IMG/VR virus record: IMGVR_UViG_3300046507_000667
Span: 62,001-126,000 of that record
Reading direction: 5' to 3' (one strand)
DNA length: 64,000 nucleotides
Shown here: positions 9,420-18,579 of the stretch, in pieces
Numbering within the stretch: the first letter of the stretch is position 1
How the letters are laid out: each line of letters begins with the position of its first letter
The notes under the pieces: model-generated
The model's database searches: none
Seen by the model: the letters and a program-made list of their open reading frames with translations, nothing else
Told to the model about the DNA's origin: nothing
Program-made: the position numbers and the translations under genes

Positions 9420-10838
9420 TCACGATCTAAAATGTCTTAAAGGGTCAGCACTAGCTTTACCAGCTAGCATATTGGCTAAATTAGTATCGATACCACTTGA
9501 CTGTGGTCCCTTTACCTTATTATTTTTCTGTCCTAGAATCTTAGCTAGCTGGTCTGGTGGTACACCGTCTAGGATCATTTGGGTTAGTTCAGCAAAGTCA
9601 TGATTTTGACCCTTATTAACTGCAGGATCATCCACAACTTTTCGAGTAATAGCATTGAAATTCTTAGCATTTTGAGCAACTTTAGCTCGTGTTCTTAAGA
9701 ATCTACCAATATTATTACCATATCGAACTACATATTTTACGAATAAGTATGAGAATAAGACGTCATCATGCATACCTACTTCGTGGTCAATACGTCCATT
9801 CTTATAGATAAGACCTTTGACATCATCATATAACTCTGGAATTGCTAAAAGCTCAGGTTCATCTGCAACGATTTCTTTAAGAATATCGATCATTAGAGGA
9901 CGTGAGGCTTTATCAGTAGTAATACCATACTTAATACTATCTGTCTTAGTAGCAGGATTATTAGCTGTTTTGTCTTTATCAGCTAATTTATATTCATAGT
10001 AAATATTCTTAGGAATTACATCTAAGAGATTTTCTACCAGACCTTTACCATAACTATTAAATTCAGGGACTACAATACAGTTAGGCAATTCTTCTTGAAC
10101 TAGCTGTGCAATAAGAGAGCTATATACATTAATATCAATAGTATTATGCTTAAATACTGCTACAGGAGCAAAATCTTTTTCAGGATCAGTAATAGTAAAT
10201 GCTGAATTATCTGCATCAAGACCACCTGCAGTATCAACACCCATGAAATAGACTTTCTCTTTCTTTAGTTCTTCATAGAGTACGATAGGGAATTTGAAAG
10301 TACGGATTTCACCAGTACTCTTGATTACCTTCTTGATATCCATATATTTGATACCAATAGGTGTTCTTTTCTTACTATCAATAATATCTAATTGCTCTTC
10401 AGTAAAGACCGAATTATCTGATGATTTTGTCCATTGTAGGTCAATTTCACGTTTGATAATAGCACGGTCATTATTAAGAACACGACATTCTTTCTTATAC
10501 CACTCTTCATCAAGACCTAATTGTTTCCATGTATAAGAAATATACAAGAAGTCATTTGATGAGTTAGTAGCAATGTAATCTTTTAATATATCACGGTCCC
10601 AATCATACATCTCTTCAACGAAGACACAAGCGTTATCTATAAGACCTTTACAGAAAGCGCCCGCCGGATTGTCAATGTTTGAAGGAGTTGTAGAGATAAT
10701 ACGACCGTGTGGTCTACCATGAGCTTCAGCAATTTCAGATACTTTTGAAATAGCTGGACCTGCTGACTTAAAGATAATATCGTTATACTTTAAGAATGCG
10801 AATTCGTCAGGCCAATAGATCGGGATAGACATACCACG
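9420..10838 (-). CDS. terL: Terminase large subunit exon 2 (Walker B plus RNase H-like nuclease), 472 aa
   Basis: RGMSIPIYWPDEFAF (Walker B), STTP, GVDTAGG, HDDVLFS; starts right after the intron terminal G at 10839. Confidence 0.9.
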   Translation of the reverse strand, partial: RGMSIPIYWPDEFAFLKYNDIIFKSAGPAISKVSEIAEAHGRPHGRIISTTPSNIDNPAGAFCKGLIDNACVFVEEMYDWDRDILKDYIATNSSNDFLYISYTWKQLGLDEEWYKKECRVLNNDRAIIKREIDLQWTKSSDNSVFTEEQLDIIDSKKRTPIGIKYMDIKKVIKSTGEIRTFKFPIVLYEELKKEKVYFMGVDTAGGLDADNSAFTITDPEKDFAPVAVFKHNTIDINVYSSLIAQLVQEELPNCIVVPEFNSYGKGLVENLLDVIPKNIYYEYKLADKDKTANNPATKTDSIKYGITTDKASRPLMIDILKEIVADEPELLAIPELYDDVKGLIYKNGRIDHEVGMHDDVLFSYLFVKYVVRYGNNIGRFLRTRAKVAQNAKNFNAITRKVVDDPAVNKGQNHDFAELTQMILDGVPPDQLAKILGQKNNKVKGPQSSGIDTNLANMLAGKASADPLRHFRS

Positions 10839-10976
10839 CTTATGTTATATGATAATCGTTAATTATCAAGCTTATGCTTTCACATAAGATCAGACTATAT
10901 CTTCACCTGTTAAGGGTTCTACATTTCCATTCTACTTAGAATGTACGTAATAGTCGTTGAACAAATTCATCAAAAT
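10839..10976 (-). ncRNA. 3' half of a group I intron (P6a 3' strand, P7-P9, terminal G)
   Basis: TTGATGAATTTG-TTCAACGACTA...GAAGATATAGTCT-GATCTTATGTGAAAGCATAAGC...CATAAG|CGTGGT. Confidence 0.9.
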
Positions 10977-10987
10977 TTTTGTATGTT
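10976..10987 (-). promoter_or_regulatory. Late-type promoter-like motif for the 3' intron half
   Basis: AACA-TACAAA-AA; AACA exact, -1 position is A rather than T; predicted +1 at 10976. Confidence 0.5.
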
Positions 10988-10989
10988 CC

Positions 10990-11017
10990 AAAAAAAACCT
11001 ATGATTTCTCATAGGTT
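10990..11017 (-). terminator. Intrinsic terminator
   Basis: AACCTATGA-GAAA-TCATAGGTT followed by a T run on the minus strand. Confidence 0.85.
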
Positions 11018-11032
11018 GCTAACTCCTAAGAG

Positions 11033-11662
11033 TTAGACTTCAAAGGTTTGAATGGTAACTCGGAAACGACCCGGAAGAGAATGTACTTCATCCGAATCAA
11101 GAGTTTTGAAAGTATGTGGACTTGACATAACTTTCTTACCAGTCAGTTTACCATCAATCTTTTCGATCATATCTACTACACGATCGTAATGCTCTTTCAG
11201 TTGATCTGCAAAATCTACTTGATCATGCTTATTGCGAAGTTCCCATTCACCATGAAGAAGTTCTTCCAAATAGTGAGGTAGATGTGTAAGGGAATAGTCT
11301 ATGGAAATACCATCCAATCCCTTTTCATCCAATTCTTCTTTCGAAACATCACGAGTTACTGACCAATCAGCAGCATCACTCAGTTGTCCATAGGACGCAT
11401 AAGGATATTGATTATGCCAAACTCGGTCATCGCCAACTATTTGGCTCTTGAAGATAAAGCCATCATGCTTAGGCTCTGCATCTTCACGATCCCATTCATT
11501 ACGAACCTTATGGTGTTCTGTACATTTCAACCAGAAAATGTGAATTCCTTTCAGAGTATTATCCCAAGGGAGATAAGTATTGCTCATCAAAGCATCATTA
11601 CCATTTGCATAATTGAAATGGACACGAATGAACGGAATGATCGAACCGACTTGAAAACGCAT
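11033..11662 (-). CDS. Hypothetical protein, 209 aa
   Basis: ORF with AAGGA SD. Confidence 0.8.
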   Translation of the reverse strand: MRFQVGSIIPFIRVHFNYANGNDALMSNTYLPWDNTLKGIHIFWLKCTEHHKVRNEWDREDAEPKHDGFIFKSQIVGDDRVWHNQYPYASYGQLSDAADWSVTRDVSKEELDEKGLDGISIDYSLTHLPHYLEELLHGEWELRNKHDQVDFADQLKEHYDRVVDMIEKIDGKLTGKKVMSSPHTFKTLDSDEVHSLPGRFRVTIQTFEV

Positions 11663-11688
11663 GATAATTTCCTTAAATAGAAGAATAG

Positions 11689-12060
11689 TTATTTAGGAGC
11701 AGTAAGACGAATTAGCGTCAATTCTGCATCCTTATAGTAGCCATGTGGATCATCCACTGTTCGGCATTGAATTAAAGCTTCTTCCAAGCTAGATGCTTGA
11801 TATTTGAATTCTTTTGTATCTGACCACCTACCTGTAGTTTTTCTTTGGATATGGTAGGTAGCTCTAATATTAGGCCACTTAATACAATGTAGCTCTGATA
11901 CCATACTGATGCCTTTCAATTTCCATTGAGCACCAATTTCGTCTTCCAAGATTCCAACAAGTGTTACTACATGCTCATGTGCTTGAAAATCAGTATCAAT
12001 TAGTTTTAAAGTACCTGTTGGCATAAGCCATTCAGTGAACTGATTGAAACGAGGTTTCAT
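11689..12060 (-). CDS. Hypothetical protein, 123 aa
   Basis: ATGA-coupled ORF. Confidence 0.75.
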   Translation of the reverse strand: MKPRFNQFTEWLMPTGTLKLIDTDFQAHEHVVTLVGILEDEIGAQWKLKGISMVSELHCIKWPNIRATYHIQRKTTGRWSDTKEFKYQASSLEEALIQCRTVDDPHGYYKDAELTLIRLTAPK

Positions 12061-12548
12061 AGCGTAATAGTAACTGCATCAGGAAACAGTTTTTGCAGAT
12101 GATTTTCCATTTCCTTACGACGAGCTTCACGAATATGAAAATCCGAATTTGGCGAATCATCACCAAGAAAGAATTCATATACTCGCTTTGGTTCTTCAAT
12201 TCCTTTTTCTTTTCGAAGCGCTATAAGCTTTTCACGCATAGGAGAAGGAGCATGATAAGTATGAACACGCTTAATTGCTTCATCAATACAATTAGTAATG
12301 GATTCTTCATTATCACCAAAGTATTGACCACTACCTTCTTGATAATTATGTAATTGGCGAATAGCAAAGCTAAATCCACCAACAGTCATAGTACGACGAA
12401 TACGAAGAAGTGATAGGAATCCTCCCGGATTATCCTTTACACCATATTCAATATAATTGAAAAGACCTTCTTTCAAAAGAACCATCATAGATGTCAGTTG
12501 CTTCTTAACTTGAAGTTCCTGATCAATCTTTTCTTGAGTCATCAGCAT
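12057..12548 (-). CDS. Hypothetical protein, 163 aa
   Basis: ORF in a tightly packed operon. Confidence 0.75.
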   Translation of the reverse strand: MLMTQEKIDQELQVKKQLTSMMVLLKEGLFNYIEYGVKDNPGGFLSLLRIRRTMTVGGFSFAIRQLHNYQEGSGQYFGDNEESITNCIDEAIKRVHTYHAPSPMREKLIALRKEKGIEEPKRVYEFFLGDDSPNSDFHIREARRKEMENHLQKLFPDAVTITL

Positions 12549-12554
12549 AATTCT

Positions 12555-12770
12555 TTACCGTTTAATTTCAGGAGGAAGAGCATTATAATAATGATAATTA
12601 GCAAGCCAACCATTAATCAATGCTTTAGCAAGAGTCTCATCTTCAGTGTAATACAATGAAGGCCAAGATTCCTTGACATACATATTGCAAAATCGTTGTC
12701 CAAGGCGAAGTTTATCTTGTTTCCTTGCATTATGGAGACTCAAGAATTTTGCATATGCTTCAGTAGTCAT
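12555..12770 (-). CDS. Hypothetical protein, 71 aa
   Basis: ATGA-coupled ORF. Confidence 0.75.
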   Translation of the reverse strand: MTTEAYAKFLSLHNARKQDKLRLGQRFCNMYVKESWPSLYYTEDETLAKALINGWLANYHYYNALPPEIKR

Positions 12771-13048
12771 TGATCACCCTCATCAAGCCACTTCATAATA
12801 CGTTCAAAAAGCGACTCCTTTACTTCACGAAATTCATTAACACAATGAAATCGCTTCTCTCCAGCACCCATAGTACGAAAGGTAATGCTAAACCAATCTC
12901 CAGTTCGATTATCGAAACAAGGATCGACATACTTAATGGAAGGACGATACTTTCCATTAGGAAGAAGACAAGTCCTAAAAGGACTATTTTCTTCTGCAAC
13001 CTTCTTAAGAACTTGTGTAAGTTCTTCATGGGTCATTGGACGGCTCAT
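12767..13048 (-). CDS. Hypothetical protein, 93 aa
   Basis: ORF with AAGGA SD. Confidence 0.75.
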   Translation of the reverse strand: MSRPMTHEELTQVLKKVAEENSPFRTCLLPNGKYRPSIKYVDPCFDNRTGDWFSITFRTMGAGEKRFHCVNEFREVKESLFERIMKWLDEGDQ

Positions 13049-13057
13049 GTCTTTTCC

Positions 13058-13309
13058 TTAATGACGAATAATTTTGAAATAGTCCGCAGTGATATTACCA
13101 GCACCTTCAAGGCGCTTGCTATTGTGACCAACCACTCCCCACACAATTGAAGCATTTTTATGTGAATCTACACTGTGGGCAGTTACCATAGCACGTTCAA
13201 GTACATCAAAGTTGGCGAACGGTTTGGTAAATTCAATGATACTACCAGTCTTAACGTTCATCTTCTTTCCAAAAATTAAAATGTTTATTAGGAAAGTGGG
13301 AGAGACCAT
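13058..13309 (-). CDS. Hypothetical protein; start possibly at MNVKTG
   Basis: ORF in operon. Confidence 0.65.
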   Translation of the reverse strand: MVSPTFLINILIFGKKMNVKTGSIIEFTKPFANFDVLERAMVTAHSVDSHKNASIVWGVVGHNSKRLEGAGNITADYFKIIRH

Positions 13310-13339
13310 TTAGATCTCTCCCTTCGTCAATCTGCTTGC

Positions 13340-14440
13340 TTATGCAAACGGATTGAAGAATTCATACCAACGACCATGGTTCAGACGATAGCTCGTTTGC
13401 ATGTTACGAAGCTTTTCAGCTTCGGTATACTTCCAATTGAACAGAATGTCCTTGAAGCCTTCGCCCAGCGTTTTCAGGCATTCACCTGCATCACGCAGAA
13501 CATAGAGCGTCTTGTCAACGATAAAACCACAAACCTTCTTGGTCTTATCGATAACATAGACAGTCACCTTCTTGGTACCATTCCATGCATACACACAAAC
13601 CGACTGAACACCTTCAATCGTCCAGTTGATTGCCTTACCAGCACCTTCAACAACGTCACCGCAGAAGTCGCCAATCTTGTCGAGGATCGTAACTTGTTCG
13701 ACCTTCGCATTCACGGCAGCATTTGCAATTTCTTCTTCAACATCGACACCAGCAGCATGCAGTTGCTCTTCGATAGCGCCTTTCAAGATCTCATTGTCCA
13801 CTGCTTCTTGGACCGATTCCGGCTTGGGCATCGATGCTGAAACTGCTTCTTGCACGATTTCCTTTGCGGGAAGATGTGCATGTTCTGCAGCATTAACGAT
13901 GTTAACCATCGCTTCAGCAGCATTAGCTACTTTCGATGCAATCGGACCGAGATCAGCAGATTCCTTCACTGCTTGAACTTGAGCCTTGATATCGACAACT
14001 TCGATATCTTTCGGAAGAATCAGCATGAAAAGTACGTTGTGATGCTTTTCATCGCTCGTAACCGAAACGATTTCTGCATCAGCACCGCATTCATGAGCGA
14101 TGTGTTGAAGACGAACTTCAACTTCATCACCATTGCTAGGTGCTGCAACTTCTTGACCATCGATTTTTGCATCAAGAGAAACATGCAGAATCTGAGCCTG
14201 ATGGCCATTCAGATCAAGTTGTTCTTCAAGTGCAAAGAACGAATCCTTGAACGTTGCTTGATACACTTTCAGCGATTCTTCCAGCTTGGTCAAGCTGAAT
14301 TTCGAAGCATCCGTATTGAAAGTCGGGATGACGACTTTGATGTCCTTCATCGAACGTGCAACCGGTTTCTTAGCCGAAACCTTCTTAGCTGCTGCGTTGA
14401 CGTTACCATTCTTTGCTGCGACGTTGATGTTCTTTGCCAT
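13340..14440 (-). CDS. Hypothetical protein, 366 aa, with Ala/Lys-rich N-terminus and amphipathic repeats near the C-terminus
   Basis: ORF after the early motif at 14524-14532. Confidence 0.85.
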   Translation of the reverse strand: MAKNINVAAKNGNVNAAAKKVSAKKPVARSMKDIKVVIPTFNTDASKFSLTKLEESLKVYQATFKDSFFALEEQLDLNGHQAQILHVSLDAKIDGQEVAAPSNGDEVEVRLQHIAHECGADAEIVSVTSDEKHHNVLFMLILPKDIEVVDIKAQVQAVKESADLGPIASKVANAAEAMVNIVNAAEHAHLPAKEIVQEAVSASMPKPESVQEAVDNEILKGAIEEQLHAAGVDVEEEIANAAVNAKVEQVTILDKIGDFCGDVVEGAGKAINWTIEGVQSVCVYAWNGTKKVTVYVIDKTKKVCGFIVDKTLYVLRDAGECLKTLGEGFKDILFNWKYTEAEKLRNMQTSYRLNHGRWYEFFNPFA

Positions 14441-14579
14441 GATTGAAAGAGACCTTATAGAGAATTAGAAGAGTTATTACTAAGTGTCTTGAATTTCGAA
14501 TATTTCTATTCGTGATCAGGTGAATAATATATCAGCATTATATGCTTTAATACGCTTATTTCACCGGATCATACAAATA

Positions 14580-15176
14580 TTACAAAGAGATAAAGCTACG
14601 TGCATTCAAAAGGAAGTCTTCAAATTCAGGAAGTTCCTTTTGCACATGAAGCAGATTGTTGAAGAGGCTCGTAAGGAATGCTGCCATATCTTCAGAAACT
14701 TCGATAGACGTACGGCCATTCAAACGATATACGATATTGACTTCCTGAACGATACTACAGATAATATCTGAAGCAGCATTAGCAAGATCTTTATCTTCAA
14801 ATCGTTCAATACGAGAAGCAATTGCAAGCAACGTTACAGCCGTATCATTCCAAAGGTGAATTCTCGGAAGATATGCTTCGAAGTTATACTTTAGATAGAT
14901 CTTGAATGATGTCAGATCGACTTCAGTACCTTCTTCCATTGCTCGTTCAATAGCATGCTGAGAAAGACGTGAAAGAGTCTTTTCAATTCTACTATCAGAA
15001 TTATCTCCCAACATACCTTGCTTCTTTAATTCTCCAACGAAATCTTTAATCACTTCATTAGTCTGAAGTTCTTCAAAGAAATTCAGAACACGAGAAGGAT
15101 CTTCCTTATCTAGCTTAATCAGCAGTGCAGCTGCTTTGTTAATGGCTTTATTCGTCAGATTGAAATTCTTCGACAT
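14580..15176 (-). CDS. Hypothetical protein, 198 aa
   Basis: ORF with AAGGA SD. Confidence 0.8.
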   Translation of the reverse strand: MSKNFNLTNKAINKAAALLIKLDKEDPSRVLNFFEELQTNEVIKDFVGELKKQGMLGDNSDSRIEKTLSRLSQHAIERAMEEGTEVDLTSFKIYLKYNFEAYLPRIHLWNDTAVTLLAIASRIERFEDKDLANAASDIICSIVQEVNIVYRLNGRTSIEVSEDMAAFLTSLFNNLLHVQKELPEFEDFLLNARSFISL

Positions 15177-15257
15177 GATTCTTTTTCCTTGAGAATGTTG
15201 GAATGCTTATATTGCGATCAAGGAAAAAATATATACTTATTAGCTATTTAAATACGA

Positions 15258-15491
15258 TTAATCGTTAGTCTGAATATTACCCAATTTCTTGGGAATTAAT
15301 ACTTCCTTAGCTACTTGCTCAAATTCGGGCCATAGCTTACGAAACTTGACAAAAGGAATAGAAATTGTTACTCCTTCAACTTCAATTTCAACTTCACGCT
15401 TTTCTTTATTTGCTTTGATAGATGATGACATTTTCTTTCCTAAATAGTTAACAAAAATCTCGACTCCGCATATCTGGGTCATAGGCACCAA
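15258..15491 (-). CDS. Hypothetical protein; start possibly at MSSSIK
   Basis: ORF after the early motif at 15496-15504. Confidence 0.65.
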   Translation of the reverse strand: MVPMTQICGVEIFVNYLGKKMSSSIKANKEKREVEIEVEGVTISIPFVKFRKLWPEFEQVAKEVLIPKKLGNIQTND

Positions 15492-15525
15492 GATAATAAT
15501 ATATTTCTGAAGTATTAGTTAATGC

Positions 15526-15638
15526 TTGATGAATTTGCTGCTGATTGCCATAGATACTAATTTACATTTTTCCGGAATGCTAGTTAGGATCTTTACGGGG
15601 TTCCAGCAATTAATAGAATTTATACAGAGCCGTAAGTA
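15526..15638 (-). ncRNA. 5' half of a group I intron (P1/IGS, P3-P5, P6a 5' strand)
   Basis: Exon ACAGGGU pairs with IGS GCUCUGU; P AATTGCTGGAAC; Q AATCAGCAGC; ends CAAATTCATCAA. Confidence 0.9.
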
Positions 15639-16307
15639 ACCCTGTTTGTCTGCTTGTTCTTCAGAAATTGGCTGACCATTGACGTCGATCTTATTATTAC
15701 GCTGCACACTATGTACTGATTCAAGATTATCAGTATCACCTCTATCTGCTAAGGCATCTTGAATGTATTTAGGTAAATGTAATGTAATATCCTTAAATCG
15801 CTTTAAGTTATTCTTAGCATCACCTAAGCTCTTATTTGCAAAGAGCATATTAGTATTTTTAGTACTAAAGTTATAGATGTAATTTAGTGCTGCTGCAATA
15901 GAAATTGTTTTACCACGCTGACGAGATAGTAAGCATATCAAGTCAAAGTTATTAAAAATTGCCCAAGTAATAGCTAAGTTACCCGGATGCAATTCAAATT
16001 TAACAGTACCACCCGGAGCTACAATCTTTACTACTTCTCTTAGATAGTAGTAAGGATTTTTTGTAATTTCCGTAATGATTTTTGTCTTTTGTAACTCAGT
16101 TAGATTTTTTCTATGAGGATCAATACCTTTTAAACTTTTATCATAGAGTCGTAGAAAGAACTTGTTATTTTTAATACCACGTTCCTTCAAATACTTAAAC
16201 ATCTTGATGAAAGAAAGGTTCTTAGTCTCGGTGTCAATTACATAGTCACCATAGTCCGTTTCCCCATAGATAGCTTTATTGTAAGCTGCTTTACTAAGCG
16301 ATACCAT
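15639..16307 (-). CDS. terL: Terminase large subunit exon 1 (N-terminal ATPase), 223 aa
   Basis: NPYYYLRE, LHPGNLA, LLSRQRGKT Walker A; coding ends at ...ADKQG where the intron begins. Confidence 0.9.
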
Positions 16308-16335
16308 AAGCTTTCCTTTAAAAAGAGGGATTTAC

Positions 16336-16347
16336 TATGTGAGTGTT
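16336..16347 (-). promoter_or_regulatory. Late-type promoter for terL exon 1
   Basis: AACA-CTCACA-TA. Confidence 0.7.
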
Positions 16348-16434
16348 CAACTTCTCCGTTCACACAAAAAATTCAAGAAAATTGAAAAAAAAAGAAGCCC
16401 CGTTAGAGGCTTCTTCCTAGCTATAAGCTGGAAG

Positions 16435-17772
16435 TTACTTCATTTTGACATCTGCAACAATCGCTAAAAGAACTGACTGTTGTTGTGCATTGAGAGTGAA
16501 GCCACTCTTGATGCCAGAGAGGAATGCAATCTTTTCCTCTTTCGTGATGTCAAGTCTAGCACCAGCTCCAAGAATTGCATCCTTGTAAGTAGCATAGACT
16601 TTCTTGTTGATACTGAAGAATTGGCATTCATTCATTTCTTCAATTTCAACAAGCTTCAGCTTAATGAGCCTATCGACAGCCTGAACGAATGCATATTTGG
16701 TTGCACGCAATCCATTTTCCAATTCATCGAGATAAATCGGAGTAGGATGAACCATGATACGTTCGATCAATGTCGTTTCAAGCAAAGAGAAAGCTACTTC
16801 AGTCTTTGGCTTGGGAGGACGAACAACTGCTCGACGAACAATGTCAGGAGTCTTTTTGCTTGAAGTTTCTGATTCAGGCTCTTTGACAGGAGGTGTTTCT
16901 GTCGGTTCTTCTTTCCTAGGCACGCTCGGAGTTTCTTCCGGTTGTGGTTGAGGAACTGGTTTCGAAGGTACATCCTCGGAAGGAGTGTTATTTGAAACCA
17001 ATGCCAGTTGAGTAGGAAATTTTTCTACTGGCGTGATCATCGGAGAACCTGACTTTGTGTTCGAATACTTCTGAACGATTTCAGTAGTAGGAGAGACCAT
17101 CTTGGCATCCTTCTTTCCAGAGTTCTTATCAGCGTGCATTGCGCTTAATCCGATTGATCTTTCAACATTCAATCCCAATGCATTAAGAATCTTGTCAGCC
17201 ATTTTGTCATCGGGATTGATTTGGTAGGAATAGCGACGATGCGTTCCTTCACGAATAATCATACCAGTCTTATACAACGTAGACAAAGTAGCACTCGTGA
17301 TATTAAACGGTACACCAATTTTCTTGCTGATCATTCCAGAATCATACTTAATTCCATAATTATCAAACAAGAGTTGAAGTACCTCATACAGGATGGTAAA
17401 TTTCCGTTCTTTCTTATCCTTTGTAAGAGAATAAGTTTGATTTACAACGTCATAATCAAAGCCATAATAATGACAAAGACGTTCAACGTCACCAATAGTT
17501 GCAGGAAGGTCATACTTCCTTTCACCATTTGAAGCCTTAAAGGTAATGAGAAAACCGGGATAAACATTGGTCGTGAGATACATACGCTCAATGTAATCTT
17601 CAGTCTTATCATTCCACCCAAGCAGCTTATGAATCTTCTCACAAGAAAGACTACCTTTCTCTTTAAGAAGATTAAGAATATTCAGGAAGTTCTCCTTAGT
17701 ATTCTTAGAGTTAAACTCTGCTGCAGCTGCTTCATTTTCCATTTCGACAACTGACAAAGCCATTGCTTTCAT
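16435..17772 (-). CDS. Putative DNA-binding protein with several wHTH-like segments and a Pro/Glu-rich linker
   Basis: SGMISKKIGVPFNITSATLSTLYKTGMIIREG is wHTH-like; early motif at 17835. Confidence 0.55.
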   Translation of the reverse strand: MKAMALSVVEMENEAAAAEFNSKNTKENFLNILNLLKEKGSLSCEKIHKLLGWNDKTEDYIERMYLTTNVYPGFLITFKASNGERKYDLPATIGDVERLCHYYGFDYDVVNQTYSLTKDKKERKFTILYEVLQLLFDNYGIKYDSGMISKKIGVPFNITSATLSTLYKTGMIIREGTHRRYSYQINPDDKMADKILNALGLNVERSIGLSAMHADKNSGKKDAKMVSPTTEIVQKYSNTKSGSPMITPVEKFPTQLALVSNNTPSEDVPSKPVPQPQPEETPSVPRKEEPTETPPVKEPESETSSKKTPDIVRRAVVRPPKPKTEVAFSLLETTLIERIMVHPTPIYLDELENGLRATKYAFVQAVDRLIKLKLVEIEEMNECQFFSINKKVYATYKDAILGAGARLDITKEEKIAFLSGIKSGFTLNAQQQSVLLAIVADVKMK

Positions 17773-17867
17773 TGCATTTTCCTTGAATTGAATATTTCTT
17801 ATTAGCGACTAAATTCTTCGATCTAGTCATTAGTATAATATATTCCTATATACTGCTATAATACGAA

Positions 17868-18233
17868 TTATACTTGCCAAGCTAAGTTAGTGACATCGTT
17901 ATTAGTAAGATCACCATCTTTGAAAACTAGCTTATTCAAGTTATTGGGACACTTGCCAAGAAATGCTTCAGCAACTAGCCATGCTACTCGAAAGCTTTTT
18001 GATTTACCTTCCTTACTAAGATTCACACCAATATAGTCAGTAGTATGACTAAGGGCCATCATTTTGCCCTTAATAATGGTAGTCTTTTCAGGTTGATTCA
18101 ATGCAATAGTTGCACCACCTTGACTTAATACTTTTACTTTTCTTGGACGATCTTCTGAACGCACTTTACCAGTATTACTAACTGAATAAGAACCTTCATA
18201 GCCAACTACAGGCTTCCATACAACAGTATTCAT
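17868..18233 (-). CDS. NUMOD4 plus degenerate HNH protein
   Basis: WKPVVGYEGSYSVSNTGKVRS (NUMOD4); VAWLVAEAF...LVFKDGDLTNNDVTNL.W lacks the His residues of VHRLVA/NHKDG. Confidence 0.75.
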   Translation of the reverse strand: MNTVVWKPVVGYEGSYSVSNTGKVRSEDRPRKVKVLSQGGATIALNQPEKTTIIKGKMMALSHTTDYIGVNLSKEGKSKSFRVAWLVAEAFLGKCPNNLNKLVFKDGDLTNNDVTNLAWQV

Positions 18234-18291
18234 TTATTTTCCTTAGTATAGTAAAACTCCCTATCCCTCTTTTTGAAGGATAGGGATTACA

Positions 18292-18570
18292 TCAGTTTGC
18301 TAGTAATGCACCAATCGTATTAAACAAGAGGTAATCTTTAACTCGTTTTTGACGTGGCAATGAAGTATAAGGAATATCGCCATCATAGAAATCTTCTACT
18401 GAAGCTCCAGGTTGTGAAACCATTTGAGCAATAAATCCAATATATGCTTCTTGTTGCTTATCAGTCAAAACGTCCCAATTAGGAATAAGTTCGCCGATAG
18501 TTTTGCAATATGCTTGTTGTGCAGCATGAGCAACTTTTGCAATATCTACGAAGCTAATTGAAGTGGACAT
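18292..18570 (-). CDS. Hypothetical protein, 92 aa
   Basis: ORF with SD. Confidence 0.75.
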   Translation of the reverse strand: MSTSISFVDIAKVAHAAQQAYCKTIGELIPNWDVLTDKQQEAYIGFIAQMVSQPGASVEDFYDGDIPYTSLPRQKRVKDYLLFNTIGALLAN

Positions 18571-18579
18571 TTCTTTCCT

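Noticed and set aside
10990-15520. DNA-level excision (prophage-like or skin-like element) restoring terL
   Set aside because: No integrase or recombinase and no flanking direct repeats were seen. The 12-bp flanking match is inverted and sits exactly at intron P6a.
15519-15638. C-terminal tail of the 262-aa ORF (YLRLCINSINCWNPVK...) read as protein or an intein start
   Set aside because: It is the translated intron 5' half (P1, P and Q elements); no intein motifs are present on either terL piece.
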